The notes below the pieces were generated by a model that made no database searches, was not told where the DNA came from, and was given only the letters and a program-made list of their open reading frames with translations. This document shows, piece by piece, positions 29,657 to 39,565 of a stretch of DNA of 64,000 bases; the first letter of the stretch is position 1, and every line of letters starts with the position of its first letter. The translations under genes and the position numbers were made by a program. The DNA is from Candidatus Eiseniibacteriota bacterium (GTDB lineage Bacteria > Eisenbacteria > RBG-16-71-46 > CAZEPH01), in NCBI GenBank assembly GCA_044229145.1, contig JBGATO010000002.1, forward strand, positions 32,001 through 96,000. Reading direction: 5' to 3'.

Positions 29657-32600
29657 AGCCGCTGCGGCTACGTCTCCGCGCCTTTGGCGCCTTCGCCGGC
29701 GAGTGCGACCTCGACTTCCGCACCCTCGGCGCGCGCACCTTCTTCCTCATCCACGGGCCCACGGGCGCGGGGAAGTCGACCATCCTCGACGCGCTCTGCT
29801 TCGCCCTGTACGGCGAAAGCTCCGGCGACGAGCGCAGCGGCGCGCAACTGCGCTCCGATTACGCCGCGCCCGAGACGCCGACCGACGTCACGCTCGACTT
29901 CGCCGTCGGACGCGAGATCTACCGTGTCCAGCGCGCGCCTGAATACGAACGGGCGAAGAAGCGCGGCGAGGGCACCACGACCGTGAAGGCGTCGGCGACG
30001 TTGTGGCGCCGCACTGGCTGCGCGCGCGACGAGGACGAGGGCCGCGTGCTGGCCGCCAAGCCGAGCGACGCGACGAAGGAAATCGAGCGCTTGCTCGGCT
30101 TCCGCGCCGAGGAGTTCCGCCACGTCGTCGTGTTGCCGCAGGGCCGCTTCCGCGAGGTGCTGACGTCGTCGACGGACGATCGCAAGGCGATCTTCGAGAA
30201 GCTGTTCCGCACCGCGCGGTTCGCGTCGGTGCAGAAGACGCTCGACACGCGGGCGAAGGAGGCGCGGCGCGCGCTCGACGACGCGCTGACGGCGGTGCAG
30301 GCGCTACTCGATCGCGCCGGCGTCGCGGACGATGCCGGACTCGCCGCGCAGGTGGGCGAGCTGGCCGCGGCGGAAACGGCGGCGGCGGCGGCGTTGCAGA
30401 CGGCGGCCGCGGCCGAGGCGCATGCGCGTGCGACGTTGCAGGCGGCGCAGGAGGTCGACGCGAAGTTCGTCGAGGCGGCGAACGCCGATGCGGCGCTGAC
30501 CGCGTTGGAAGCGGAGCAGGCGACGCATGTCGCGCGTGCCGCGCGGCTGGAGGCCGCCGGGCGCGCGACGCACGTGGACGCCGCGGCGCAGGCGGCGGTG
30601 ACGGCGGGCGAGGAGGTTGCCCGCGCGCAGACCCGCGCGGATCAGGCCGGCGTGGCCGCGTCGGAGGCAACTGCGCGCGCGGCGCAGGCGAGCGAGGCGC
30701 GGGCGACGCGGAGGCGCGCGTGCCGGAGCAGGCCGCCGCGCGCCGAGGAGGCGTGGGCTCGACGCGCTCGCCGTGCATGCGAGTGCGTGGGACAGAGGCG
30801 CGTGGGAGCATGGCGGAGGCGGCGCGGACGGCGCTCGACGCTGCGGGGCGCGCGACGGCCGCGGGTGCGGCGGAAGCGTGCGACGCCGCGCGCCTCGGCG
30901 CGGCGAACGCCGCCGTCGCCGCGACGCCTGCGCGCCGAGGCCGCGAAGGCAGAGGCCGCGCGCCGCGCCGCCTCCGACGCGGCGGCGCTCTGCACGACGG
31001 CACAACAGGCCGCCGACCTCGCTCGCACGCTGGCGACAGAGCGCGATGTCGTCGAGAGCGACCAGGGCGCCGTCGCCCGCGCGCAGGAGATGGCTGCCGC
31101 CGCCCACGAGCAGGTCGCCGCGTGCAGCTGCGTGGCTCGCAGATCAGGCGGCGCTGCTCGCCGCGCGCCTCGTCGACGGCGAGCCGTGCGCCGTCTGCGG
31201 CGCCCGCACCCGGCGCCGGCGCGCGTCGACGGTGGCGGCGTCTCGTCCGGTGACCTCACCACCGCGCGCGACGCCGCGCGTACCGCCGATGCCGCGGTGG
31301 CCACTGCGCTCGAAGCGCTCGGACGCTCGCAGGCTGCCGTCGCACGCTCCGAGGAGAAACTCGCCGGCCTGCTCCGCGCACTGCCCGCTTTCGAGGGCGA
31401 CGTCGACGCGCATGTGCCGGCTGGCGCGCCGTCGCCGAGGACGCGGCGGCGAGCCGCCGCGGCCGAGGAGGCGGCGAGCCGGCTCCCCGCATTGCAGGCC
31501 GCCGCGGACGCGGCATCCGCCGCCTTGCGACCGCCAGCACCGCCGCCGACACCGCGCGCGGCGACGTGCAGCGCCTCGAAGGCGCGGCGGCGGCGGCCGC
31601 CGCTGCCCTTGCCCGCGCCGAGGCCGCGCTCCCGCCGGGTGGCGCTCGGCGCGACGGCGCCCTCGAGGCCGCGCGCACCGCGCACCAGGCGACGATCGAG
31701 GCCATCGATGCCGCGCCCACGCAGAGCCGCGCCGACGATCGACCGCCGCCCAGGCCGCCGTGGCGGCGGCCGCCGCCACGGCCGCACGCGAGCACCTCGC
31801 CGAGCGCACGACCGCCGCCACCGCCGCCGAATCCGCCTTCCTCGCCGCATGCACAGCGCATGGATTCGCCGACGCCACCGCCTACCGCGCCGCGCGACTC
31901 GACGCCGCGGAACACGCCGCCCTGCGCGCTGCCCACGACGCGCACGAGCAAGCGCTCGCCGCCGCCCGCGACCGCCGCGACCGCGCCGCCGCCGCGCTCG
32001 ACGGTCTCGCACGCCCTGACCTCGCCGCCGCGCGCGACGCGGACGCCGCCGCCACCGCGCAGCGCACCGCCGCCGCCACCGCGCACGGCACGGCGCGCGA
32101 ACGCCACGCCGCCGCCGTCGCCACGCGCGCGAGATCGCCACGCGCCGCGCCGCGCGCCGAGGATGAAGCGCGCTACCGCACGCTGCAGCGCCTCGCCGAC
32201 CTCGCCTCCGGCAAGTCGACGCCGCGCCGCATCGACTTCCACACCTACGTGCAACTCGCGTATCTCGCCGACGTGCTCGCCGCCGCCAGCCGCCGTTTGC
32301 TGGCGATGACAGGCGGCCGCTTCCGCCTCGTCACCCACGAGGCGGCACTCGACAAGCGCGCGAAGGAAGGTCTCGACATCGACGTGTTCGACGCGAACAC
32401 CGGCGCCGTGCGCTCGGCCCGCACGCTCTCGGGCGGCGAAGGCTTCATGGCGGCGCTCAGTCTGGCGCTCGGCCTCGCCGACGTCGTGCAGCGCACCACC
32501 GGCGGCATCCACCTCGACACCATCTTCGTCGACGAAGGATTCGGCAGCCTCGATCAAGAATCGCTGGACGCCGCGATGCGTGCCCTGGTGGACTTGCAGG

Positions 32601-32719
32601 AAGGCGGCCGCATGGTCGGCGTGATCTCGCACGTCACCGAAATGCTGCAGCAGATCCCAACGCGCCTCGAGGTCCGCGGCGGCCGCGGCGGCAGCAGCGC
32701 GCGGTTCGTCATCGGATGA
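29653..32719 (+). CDS. sbcC: SbcCD ATPase subunit C, interrupted by multiple frameshifts (about 30700-31750)
   Basis: Walker A GPTGAGKST and LPQG.F in the 29653 frame; zinc hook CAVCG, LSGGE and IFVDEGFGSLD in the 30617 frame; coiled-coil sequence switches frame repeatedly. Confidence 0.85.
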
Positions 32720-32730
32720 GGAGAATCCCC

Positions 32731-34038
32731 GTGAAGCGTCTCGCCCTCGCGGCCGCGCTGTCGTGCGTGCCGCTCGTCTCCCATGCCGCGCTCGCCCCGG
32801 CCGAACGTCGCCTCGCGCAGGCAGTCACGAAGCGCGAGCCGGCCGCGCAGGCGTTCCTCCACCGCGTCGTCGACATCAACAGCGGCACGATGAACTTCGA
32901 CGGCGTGCGCGAGGTCGCGAAGGCATTCGCGCCGGAGTTCGAGAAGCTCGGATTCACGACACGCTGGGTCGACGGCGCGGGGTGGCATCGCGCCGGACAT
33001 CTCATCGCCACCCGCGCCGCCGCGAAGCGTGGCGCGCCACAGGTGCTGCTGATCGGCCACCTCGACACCGTCTTCGAGAAGGACAGCCCGTTCCAACGCA
33101 TGACGCCGCTCACCGACTCGACCGCTACCGGCCCGGGCCTCAGCGACATGAAGGGCGGCGACGTCGTCGTGCTCCTCGCGCTCCAGGCGATGCGCGACGC
33201 CGGCGTGCTCGACCGCATGACCGTCACCGTCTTCCTCTGCGGCGACGAGGAAAAGCGCGGCGAGCCGGAAGACCTCGCGCGCGGCGATCTCCTCGCCGCG
33301 GCACGCGACGCCGACATCGCGCTCGGCTTCGAGGACGGCGACGGCGACCCCGGCCACGCGGTCATCGCGCGGCGCGGGTCGATGGGGTGGACGCTACGCG
33401 TGCACGGGACACCGTCGCACTCGTCGCAAATCTTCCGCGCCGACATCGGCATGGGCGCGGTGTACGAGGCCGCGCGTCTGCTCACCGCGTTTCGCGACTC
33501 GCTCGGTGGCGATCCGCTGCTCACCTTCAACGCCGGCCTCATCCTCGGCGGAACGACGGTCACCCACGACCCGCAGACGAGCAGCGGCACCGCGTTCGGC
33601 AAGACCAACGTCGTCCCCGAGAGCACCATCGTGAAGGGCGACCTGCGCGCGATCAGCCCGGAACGCTTCGATGAGGCGCGGGCGACGATGACACGGATCG
33701 TCGCCGCGTCGTCGCCGCACACCAGCGCCACCATCGTCTTCGGCGACCGCTATCCGCCGCTCGCGCCGACGCCCGGCAACGATGCGCTGCGCGCGCTCTA
33801 CAGCGCGGCGAGCCGCGATCTCGGCTACGGGGAGGTCACCGCGATGGATCCGTCACGCGCCGGCGCCGCCGACATCTCGTACACGGCGGGTTTGGTCGGA
33901 GGCGCCATCGACGGCATCGGCATGCGCGGCGATCAAGAACACACGGTCGGCGAATGGGCGAACCTGCGCTGGCTGCCGCGCCAAGCGCAACGCTTGGCCG
34001 TGACGCTGACACGCTGGGCCGCGGGGCGCGGCCGCTAG
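32731..34038 (+). CDS. M20 family metallopeptidase (glutamate carboxypeptidase-like), secreted
   Basis: GHLDTVF, DMKGG, DEE, GAAD, EHT; signal peptide; alternative start ATG 32716. Confidence 0.88.
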   Translation: MKRLALAAALSCVPLVSHAALAPAERRLAQAVTKREPAAQAFLHRVVDINSGTMNFDGVREVAKAFAPEFEKLGFTTRWVDGAGWHRAGHLIATRAAAKRGAPQVLLIGHLDTVFEKDSPFQRMTPLTDSTATGPGLSDMKGGDVVVLLALQAMRDAGVLDRMTVTVFLCGDEEKRGEPEDLARGDLLAAARDADIALGFEDGDGDPGHAVIARRGSMGWTLRVHGTPSHSSQIFRADIGMGAVYEAARLLTAFRDSLGGDPLLTFNAGLILGGTTVTHDPQTSSGTAFGKTNVVPESTIVKGDLRAISPERFDEARATMTRIVAASSPHTSATIVFGDRYPPLAPTPGNDALRALYSAASRDLGYGEVTAMDPSRAGAADISYTAGLVGGAIDGIGMRGDQEHTVGEWANLRWLPRQAQRLAVTLTRWAAGRGR

Positions 34039-34749
34039 CTAGCGCGCGACCGGCACCTGCGGTCCGCGCCGCAACACATCGTCGCGCAAAGCCAGCAATG
34101 CGTCGTGGACGTCGCCCGGCATCGGCCCGGCGTGGCCTGCGCCATCGGTGCGCGTGACGGTGAGCTGGCTGCCGGTGTCGACGAGACGCCGCGTGCCGTC
34201 CACCCGCGCCAAACTCTGCGTGCGACCGTCCAACGCGCTGAGAGCCGTCTCGTCCGCCGCCGCGCGGATCGACGCCGTGCCGCTCGTCACGTCCACCGCC
34301 GTCACCGGCGTGTCGACGTGAAAGCGCGAGCCGCTGAAGCCCGGCCCGCACGCGATCCGCAGCTCGCCCGCGCTCAACACCGTGCCGCACGCGCGGCCGA
34401 CCCACTTGCCCGGCCCACGCGGCAAGTCGAACGACGTGCCCGACGTCGCCTCCACCACCGCGCTGCCGTCCGGCAGCGACATCCGCAACAGGCCGCCGTC
34501 GAGCACGGTGAGCGTGTCGCCCTCGTGCGCCGCCGATGGCGCGGCGAGCAGCGCCGAATCCGCCACGGCGTGGCCATTGACCGCGACGTGCGATGCCGCC
34601 TCGATGCGCCACCCCGGGCCGCCATTCGACGTCGTCACGAAGAGCAGGAACATCACCGCCAGCCCGAGCCCGGCCGCGGCGAACCAAAACGCGCGCTTGC
34701 CGATCTCCTCGGGTGTCGGGGTGGGAGAGGTGGTCGAGTCGTCAGACAT
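34039..34749 (-). CDS. Single-TM protein with FecR-like periplasmic domain
   Basis: One TM helix, then GD.L......L...DGS, F.V.TP...V.V pattern. Confidence 0.5.
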   Translation of the reverse strand: MSDDSTTSPTPTPEEIGKRAFWFAAAGLGLAVMFLLFVTTSNGGPGWRIEAASHVAVNGHAVADSALLAAPSAAHEGDTLTVLDGGLLRMSLPDGSAVVEATSGTSFDLPRGPGKWVGRACGTVLSAGELRIACGPGFSGSRFHVDTPVTAVDVTSGTASIRAAADETALSALDGRTQSLARVDGTRRLVDTGSQLTVTRTDGAGHAGPMPGDVHDALLALRDDVLRRGPQVPVAR

Positions 34750-34756
34750 GCGGCGG

Positions 34757-34785
34757 AGTGTAGGGGGCGCGATGGCGCGGGGCAA
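34757..34785 (-). promoter_or_regulatory. Putative leaderless promoter
   Basis: TTGCCC-N17-TACACT, 7 nt before ATG 34749. Confidence 0.5.
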
Positions 34786-34881
34786 GGCAACCGGACGGGA
34801 CCTACGCCACCGGCCCCGCCACCGTCCTCCCGCCATACACCGCCCGCGCGGGGCGATGGGGCGTCGTGGATGCCGGGGGTG

Positions 34882-35307
34882 CTAGTGCAGCGGATGCGCC
34901 TCCAACGCGTCGATCGCCTTGTCGAATTGTTCGGGCCGCACGTAGATCAAGTACCCGTAGTGGCCGTTGCCGTCGGCGCAGCCGGAGGTCGCGTAGACGT
35001 TCACGCCGACGTGCGCGAGACGCTCGTGGACTTTGGCGAGCGCGCCGAGTTCGTCGTCGCCCTGGACCAGGATCGCGCCGTGCGGGCCGAGCAGCGTGAA
35101 GCGCGCGCGTTCGGCGGCGCGGGTCAGCGTGTGCGGGTCGTCGGGGAAGAGGGTGAGCTGCGTGGTGTCCGGGCCCACCGGCACCGAGCTCACCGCCAGC
35201 AAGTTCACGCCGAGGGACGCGAGCTGCGAGAGCAGCTTGTAGGATTCGCCGGGCAGGTCTTGCACCGTCGTGTAGTAGTAGTCGATGCGCCGAATCTTGA
35301 ACGCCAT
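34882..35307 (-). CDS. Tandem ACT-domain protein
   Basis: D.PG...LL..LA..GVNL and D..GAL..V...LA..GVNV repeats; GGAGG SD. Confidence 0.75.
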   Translation of the reverse strand: MAFKIRRIDYYYTTVQDLPGESYKLLSQLASLGVNLLAVSSVPVGPDTTQLTLFPDDPHTLTRAAERARFTLLGPHGAILVQGDDELGALAKVHERLAHVGVNVYATSGCADGNGHYGYLIYVRPEQFDKAIDALEAHPLH

Positions 35308-35450
35308 GACCTTGCCTCCCCTGGCTCGCGACCGCAAACGTGCACGCTCCGGCACCGCGCCGGAGCCCGAGACGCCGAGAGCATGGCCGACGCGCCCGGG
35401 CTCCGCAGTGGTGCTATCGTCGCACATGGACGGCTACGGACGGGCGGGCG

Positions 35451-36344
35451 TTACGACTTTCGCGAGGGCTTCGGTGGCACGCTCTGGAGGAACATCCACA
35501 GCGCCGCGAGTTCGTCGTCGGTCATTTGCCCGAAGTTCGGCCACGGCATGTAGCGGCTCAGCACCTTGCCCTCCGGCGTTTGGCCGGTGCGCAGCGTGTG
35601 GACGAACTGCTCCTGTGTCCAGTGGGCGAGGTTGCCGCCCTCACCGCGTGTCAGGTTGGGCGCCGGCGGCGCGCCGGGCTCGCCGGTGGAGCCGCCGGCG
35701 AGGTCCTTCTGGTGGCAGCCGATGCACGAGTTCGCCAGGTAGCTGCCGTAGGCGGCGGTGACGCCGATCGCCGGCGCGGGCGGATACGGCGCGGCATGGT
35801 CGATCTGATCGGCGGGGATGAAGCCGGACGGCTGCAGGGTGGCCAGGAGCCAGCCCAAGGGCCGCAACGTGCAGCCGGGGCTCGGCTTGTCGCTGGCCGG
35901 CAGGCTGCGGGCGTAGGCAATCAGCGCGCCGACATCGGAGTCGCTCAGGTGCCAGTAGAGGTCGGCGGGCATGACGAACAGCGCGCGCCCGCTTGGCGTC
36001 ACGCCGTGGCGGATGGCGCGATTCCAGTCGGCGGGCGAGAAGTCCTTGGTCAGACCGCCGCGCGTGATGTTCGGCGCGTGGACGCGGCCCACCGGGCCGG
36101 CTTCGAAGATCGTCGTTCCAGCCAAGTCCGCGCCGTGACATCCCTGGCAGTCGAAGATCACGGCCAAGTGCTTGCCGCGGGCGATCGCGGCGGAGTCGCT
36201 CGGCACGGTCACCGAGACAGCGGGCACGACGTGGGTGCGCGTGCGCAAGTACTGCACGCGGACTCCCATCACGGCGAACGCGAGGACGACGAGGGCGAGC
36301 AGTGCCACGACGGCACGCACCAGCCAACGGACGAAGGTTCGCAT
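35451..36344 (-). CDS. Membrane-anchored diheme c-type cytochrome
   Basis: CQGCH and CIGCH heme motifs, APNIT/APNLT, MP axial Met motifs; AGGAGG SD. Confidence 0.9.
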   Translation of the reverse strand: MRTFVRWLVRAVVALLALVVLAFAVMGVRVQYLRTRTHVVPAVSVTVPSDSAAIARGKHLAVIFDCQGCHGADLAGTTIFEAGPVGRVHAPNITRGGLTKDFSPADWNRAIRHGVTPSGRALFVMPADLYWHLSDSDVGALIAYARSLPASDKPSPGCTLRPLGWLLATLQPSGFIPADQIDHAAPYPPAPAIGVTAAYGSYLANSCIGCHQKDLAGGSTGEPGAPPAPNLTRGEGGNLAHWTQEQFVHTLRTGQTPEGKVLSRYMPWPNFGQMTDDELAALWMFLQSVPPKPSRKS

Positions 36345-36453
36345 GGGGGCGACCTCCTGTGCTCTTCGGGTCGACGAGACCCCGGCGGGGCCGACGGTGG
36401 GGAGTTCGCCTAAAGTAGCCCATCCGTGCGCTCCCGCAAGTCCCTTTCTCGGC

Positions 36454-36480
36454 TGAATCCTTCGCGCCCCTGTGTGTCTC
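36454..36480 (+). promoter_or_regulatory. Putative ECF-type promoter, copy 1
   Basis: TGAATC-N16-GTCTC upstream of the DUF2892 gene; matches the copy at 37419-37445. Confidence 0.45.
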
Positions 36481-36506
36481 GCACGCCGTGAAAGGGGGAT
36501 CCACAG

Positions 36507-36716
36507 ATGACGTTCGGACGCAACGAAGGCGCGGTGGACCGTGTGGTGCGCGCGGTGGTGGGAGCAGCGCTGGTGGGCTCGGCGGTGGTGGGGCCGCATT
36601 GGAAGTGGGGCTGGATCGGCGTCATCTTGCTGGTCACCGCCGCGCTCGGCATGTGCCCGCTGTACTCGATCTTCGGCATCTCGACCTGCCCGGCCAAGCC
36701 GGCGCGCAAGGCCTGA
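36507..36716 (+). CDS. DUF2892/YgaP-like small membrane protein
   Basis: NEG.VDR.VR...CPLY..FG.STC. Confidence 0.88.
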   Translation: MTFGRNEGAVDRVVRAVVGAALVGSAVVGPHWKWGWIGVILLVTAALGMCPLYSIFGISTCPAKPARKA

Positions 36717-36749
36717 CGCCGGACGCGCCTCGCGAGGGCGCGCCATGCA

Positions 36750-36786
36750 GAACGCCCCGGGCGACGGCATCCCGCCCGGGGCGTTC
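36750..36786. terminator. Bidirectional terminator hairpin
   Basis: Perfect 14-bp stem GAACGCCCCGGGCG / CGCCCGGGGCGTTC between convergent genes. Confidence 0.7.
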
Positions 36787-36804
36787 GCGTGTGGGGGGCG
36801 ATGA

Positions 36805-37224
36805 TCAGCGGGCCGGTTGCGCGGTCCGGGCGACCAAGGCGTCGAGGGCGCGGGTGAGGCCGGCGGCCACCTCGTCGGCGAGCGGCTGCAGGCGCAAGTC
36901 GCCCGCCGCGGCGAGCGTCCGGCGCGGGTCGATCGCGGTGACCACGGTCTGTCCGTCGTCGGCTTCGTAGACGGTGACGTTGCACGGCATCATGAGCCCG
37001 ACGTCGAGGGTCGCCGACAGCGCCTTGTAGGCGAACGGCGGATTGCACGCGCCGAGGATGCGGTAGCGGCGGAAGTCGACGTCGAGTTTCTTCTTGAGCG
37101 TCGCCGTCACGTCGATTTCGGTCAGGATGCCGAACCCTTCGGCCTGGAGGGCCTCGGGGACCAGCGTGAGGGCATCGTCGAAGCTCACCGGGACGGTGCG
37201 CTGGATGCCGAAGGATTCACTCAT
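36805..37224 (-). CDS. DUF302 domain protein
   Basis: GFGILTEIDV..TLK.KL, Y.ILGACNP, GLMMPCNV.V. Confidence 0.9.
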   Translation of the reverse strand: MSESFGIQRTVPVSFDDALTLVPEALQAEGFGILTEIDVTATLKKKLDVDFRRYRILGACNPPFAYKALSATLDVGLMMPCNVTVYEADDGQTVVTAIDPRRTLAAAGDLRLQPLADEVAAGLTRALDALVARTAQPAR

Positions 37225-37385
37225 CGGGTCTCCTCGGATGTCGGGGGTGTTGGATCGGCGTGTCCGCGCGCCCGGCGCGGTTCAGGCACCGCTCAGGTGC
37301 CGACGCCCATCGCCGGCAACAGCCAGCGGCTGATCACCAGCCACGCACCGATGGCCAGCAGGACTTGCAGCAGATCGTGTGGCAT
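37221..37385 (-). CDS. Small single-TM protein; 30 aa if UGA 37293-37295 is a stop, 54 aa if read through (candidate selenocysteine)
   Basis: GGAGG SD; MPHDLLQVLLAIGAWLVISRWLLPAMGVGT(UGA)AVPEPRRARGHADPTPPTSEETR*; the second stop overlaps the DUF302 ATG. Confidence 0.6.
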
Positions 37386-37418
37386 GTGCCCTCCGTGTTC
37401 ACAGGTGTCCGAACGTGG

Positions 37419-37445
37419 GAGTCCGGACCCGCGCGCGAAGATTCA
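37419..37445 (-). promoter_or_regulatory. Putative ECF-type promoter, copy 2
   Basis: Minus strand TGAATC-N16-GACTC upstream of the small ORF-DUF302 unit. Confidence 0.45.
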
Positions 37446-37530
37446 CGGCGGCCGGCGGGCGGCGGCCGTGCGGACGGGATGCGGCGCGGGCGGGTTCTCG
37501 GCTACACTGCGCGCCTCACCAGGAGATGCC

Positions 37531-38334
37531 ATGTCCGATCTACTCCACTCGATGTCGCTGCGTGGCCGCCACGCGCTGGTCTGCGGGGCGAGCGCCGGCA
37601 TCGGCCGCGCCACCGCGATCGCCCTCGCGAGCCTCGGCTGCCGCGTGACGCCGCTGGCCCGCCGCGCGGATCGCCTCGATGCGCTGCTGCACGAGCTGCA
37701 CGCGGCCGGATCGCCTGACTCGACGCGCTTCGTGGTCGCCGACCTCAACGATCGTGTCGCCGCGCGCGTCGCCGTCGAGGCGCTGCTCGGCGAAGTCGGG
37801 CCGGTGCACCTGCTGCTCAACAACAGCGGCGGCCCGGCGGCCGGTCCCGTGCTCGAGGCCGACGAGCGCGCCTTCCTCGACGCCTTCGGGCGCCACGTGC
37901 TGGCGGCGCACATGTTGACGCGGCTCGTGCTGCCCGGCATGCGCGAGGCGGGCTTCGGGCGCATCGTCAACGTCATCTCGACGTCGGTGCGCGAGCCGAT
38001 CCCGAACCTCGGCGTCAGCAACACGATTCGCGGCGCGATGGCGTCGTGGGCGAAGAGCGTGTCGCGCGAGTTGCCGCCCGGCGTCACCATCAACAACATC
38101 CTGCCGGGTTACACCGCCACCGAGCGGCTCGGCGAACTCGCGGCGACGCTGTCCGCGAAAACCGGTCGCACCGAAGCACAAGTCGAACACGATTGGGTGG
38201 CGGCGGTGCCGGAGGGCCGGCTCGGCCAGCCGCAGGAGACCGCGGCGGCGATCGCGTTCTTGATGTCGCCGGCGGCGTCGTACATCCGCGGGGTGAGTCT
38301 CGCCGTCGACGGCGGGCGCTTGCAGTCGATCTGA
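37531..38334 (+). CDS. SDR family oxidoreductase
   Basis: GASAGIG, NNSGGP, atypical active site SNTIRGA (no YxxxK), LPGYTAT; AGGAG SD. Confidence 0.9.
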   Translation: MSDLLHSMSLRGRHALVCGASAGIGRATAIALASLGCRVTPLARRADRLDALLHELHAAGSPDSTRFVVADLNDRVAARVAVEALLGEVGPVHLLLNNSGGPAAGPVLEADERAFLDAFGRHVLAAHMLTRLVLPGMREAGFGRIVNVISTSVREPIPNLGVSNTIRGAMASWAKSVSRELPPGVTINNILPGYTATERLGELAATLSAKTGRTEAQVEHDWVAAVPEGRLGQPQETAAAIAFLMSPAASYIRGVSLAVDGGRLQSI

Positions 38335-38347
38335 GGTCGGAGCCGCG

Positions 38348-39565
38348 ATGAAATTCGACGTCTTCTTCTCCATCAGTCAAACGCCGGTGCGGGGCGAACT
38401 GCCGAGTGAAGCGCAGATGTTCCGCAACTTCTTCCACGAGGTGGAAGCGGCGGATGCGCTCGGGTATGACACGGCGTGGATCGCCGAGTCGCATCTCAGT
38501 TCCGAGGTGCAGAAGCAGCACGCGAAGCCGGTCATTCCCCACTGGCAGGGCGAGGTCGGACTCAACTGCGATTTCCTGCAGCTCGCGTCGCACATCTTCC
38601 GCCGCACGCGCCGCATCGAGGCGGGCTCGGCGGTGATGAACATCCTCGTCAATGGCGGGCCGGTGGCGGCCGCGGAGCGGATTGCCGCGTTCGCGGCGCT
38701 ACATGGCCTGGACGACGCCGAACGGCGCCGCATCCACGTCGGCTTCAGTCAGGGCCGCTTCGAGTTCATGAACCGCGCGTCGGGCATCGTGCCGCGCAGC
38801 GCGCTCGAAGAGGCGGCGTGGCCGGCGTTGCGCCAAGCGATCTTCGCCGAGGCGAGCGAGATCTTCGTGCGGCTGTTGCGCGGCGACACGCTCTGCGGCG
38901 ACGACATCGCCGCGCCGGTGCTGACCCGCGCGCACTTCAAGACCGACGCCGAATGGGCGCGCGTGCAAGACGCGGCGAACGCGCCGGCCGCGACATCCAT
39001 CGCGATGCCGCGCCGCTTCGTGTTCGACGTGTTGCAGATCGTGCCGCGCGCGTGGCGTCGCGAGTTGGTGCAGCTGGTCGTGGGGTCGCATGATCCCGCG
39101 CTCCAGGAAGCGGTCAACGCGTGGGCGCCGGTGCAAGTGTTCAACCTGTCGATTACGCAACCAGCGGTGATCGAGGAGACGCATCGCCGCATGACGGCGG
39201 CCTATCATCGCGACGGCGGGCCGTGGAAGCGCGAATACATGCCGCGCACGGTGATGGTGTTCCTCAACGAACAACCGGGACTGTCGCCCGAGCAGCGCCG
39301 GGCGCGCGCGCGCGAGGAAGCCGAAGCGGCGCTCGGCGCCTACTGGACCGCGCTCGAAGGCACGCTCGATCCGGCGAAGACGCAGAATGCCGCCGACAAC
39401 TCACTGGTCGGCAACGCGGCCGATGTCGCGCAGCAAATTCGCGAACGCTTCCACCCGGACGACCGCCTGATGCTCTGGTTCGATTTCTTCAATCACGACG
39501 CCGCGCGCGTCGTCGCCGACATGGAGGCGTTCATGACGCAGGTCGCGCCGCAGGTGAACGCGTGA
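38348..39565 (+). CDS. Luciferase-like (LLM) flavin-dependent monooxygenase
   Basis: ADALGYDTAWIAESH, TRRIEAGSAV, P...AE, LVG...V. Confidence 0.85.
   Translation: MKFDVFFSISQTPVRGELPSEAQMFRNFFHEVEAADALGYDTAWIAESHLSSEVQKQHAKPVIPHWQGEVGLNCDFLQLASHIFRRTRRIEAGSAVMNILVNGGPVAAAERIAAFAALHGLDDAERRRIHVGFSQGRFEFMNRASGIVPRSALEEAAWPALRQAIFAEASEIFVRLLRGDTLCGDDIAAPVLTRAHFKTDAEWARVQDAANAPAATSIAMPRRFVFDVLQIVPRAWRRELVQLVVGSHDPALQEAVNAWAPVQVFNLSITQPAVIEETHRRMTAAYHRDGGPWKREYMPRTVMVFLNEQPGLSPEQRRARAREEAEAALGAYWTALEGTLDPAKTQNAADNSLVGNAADVAQQIRERFHPDDRLMLWFDFFNHDAARVVADMEAFMTQVAPQVNA

Noticed and set aside
28526..32719. SMC plus nuclease pair as an anti-phage system
   Set aside because: Motifs and gene order fit ordinary housekeeping sbcDC, with no defence-island context.
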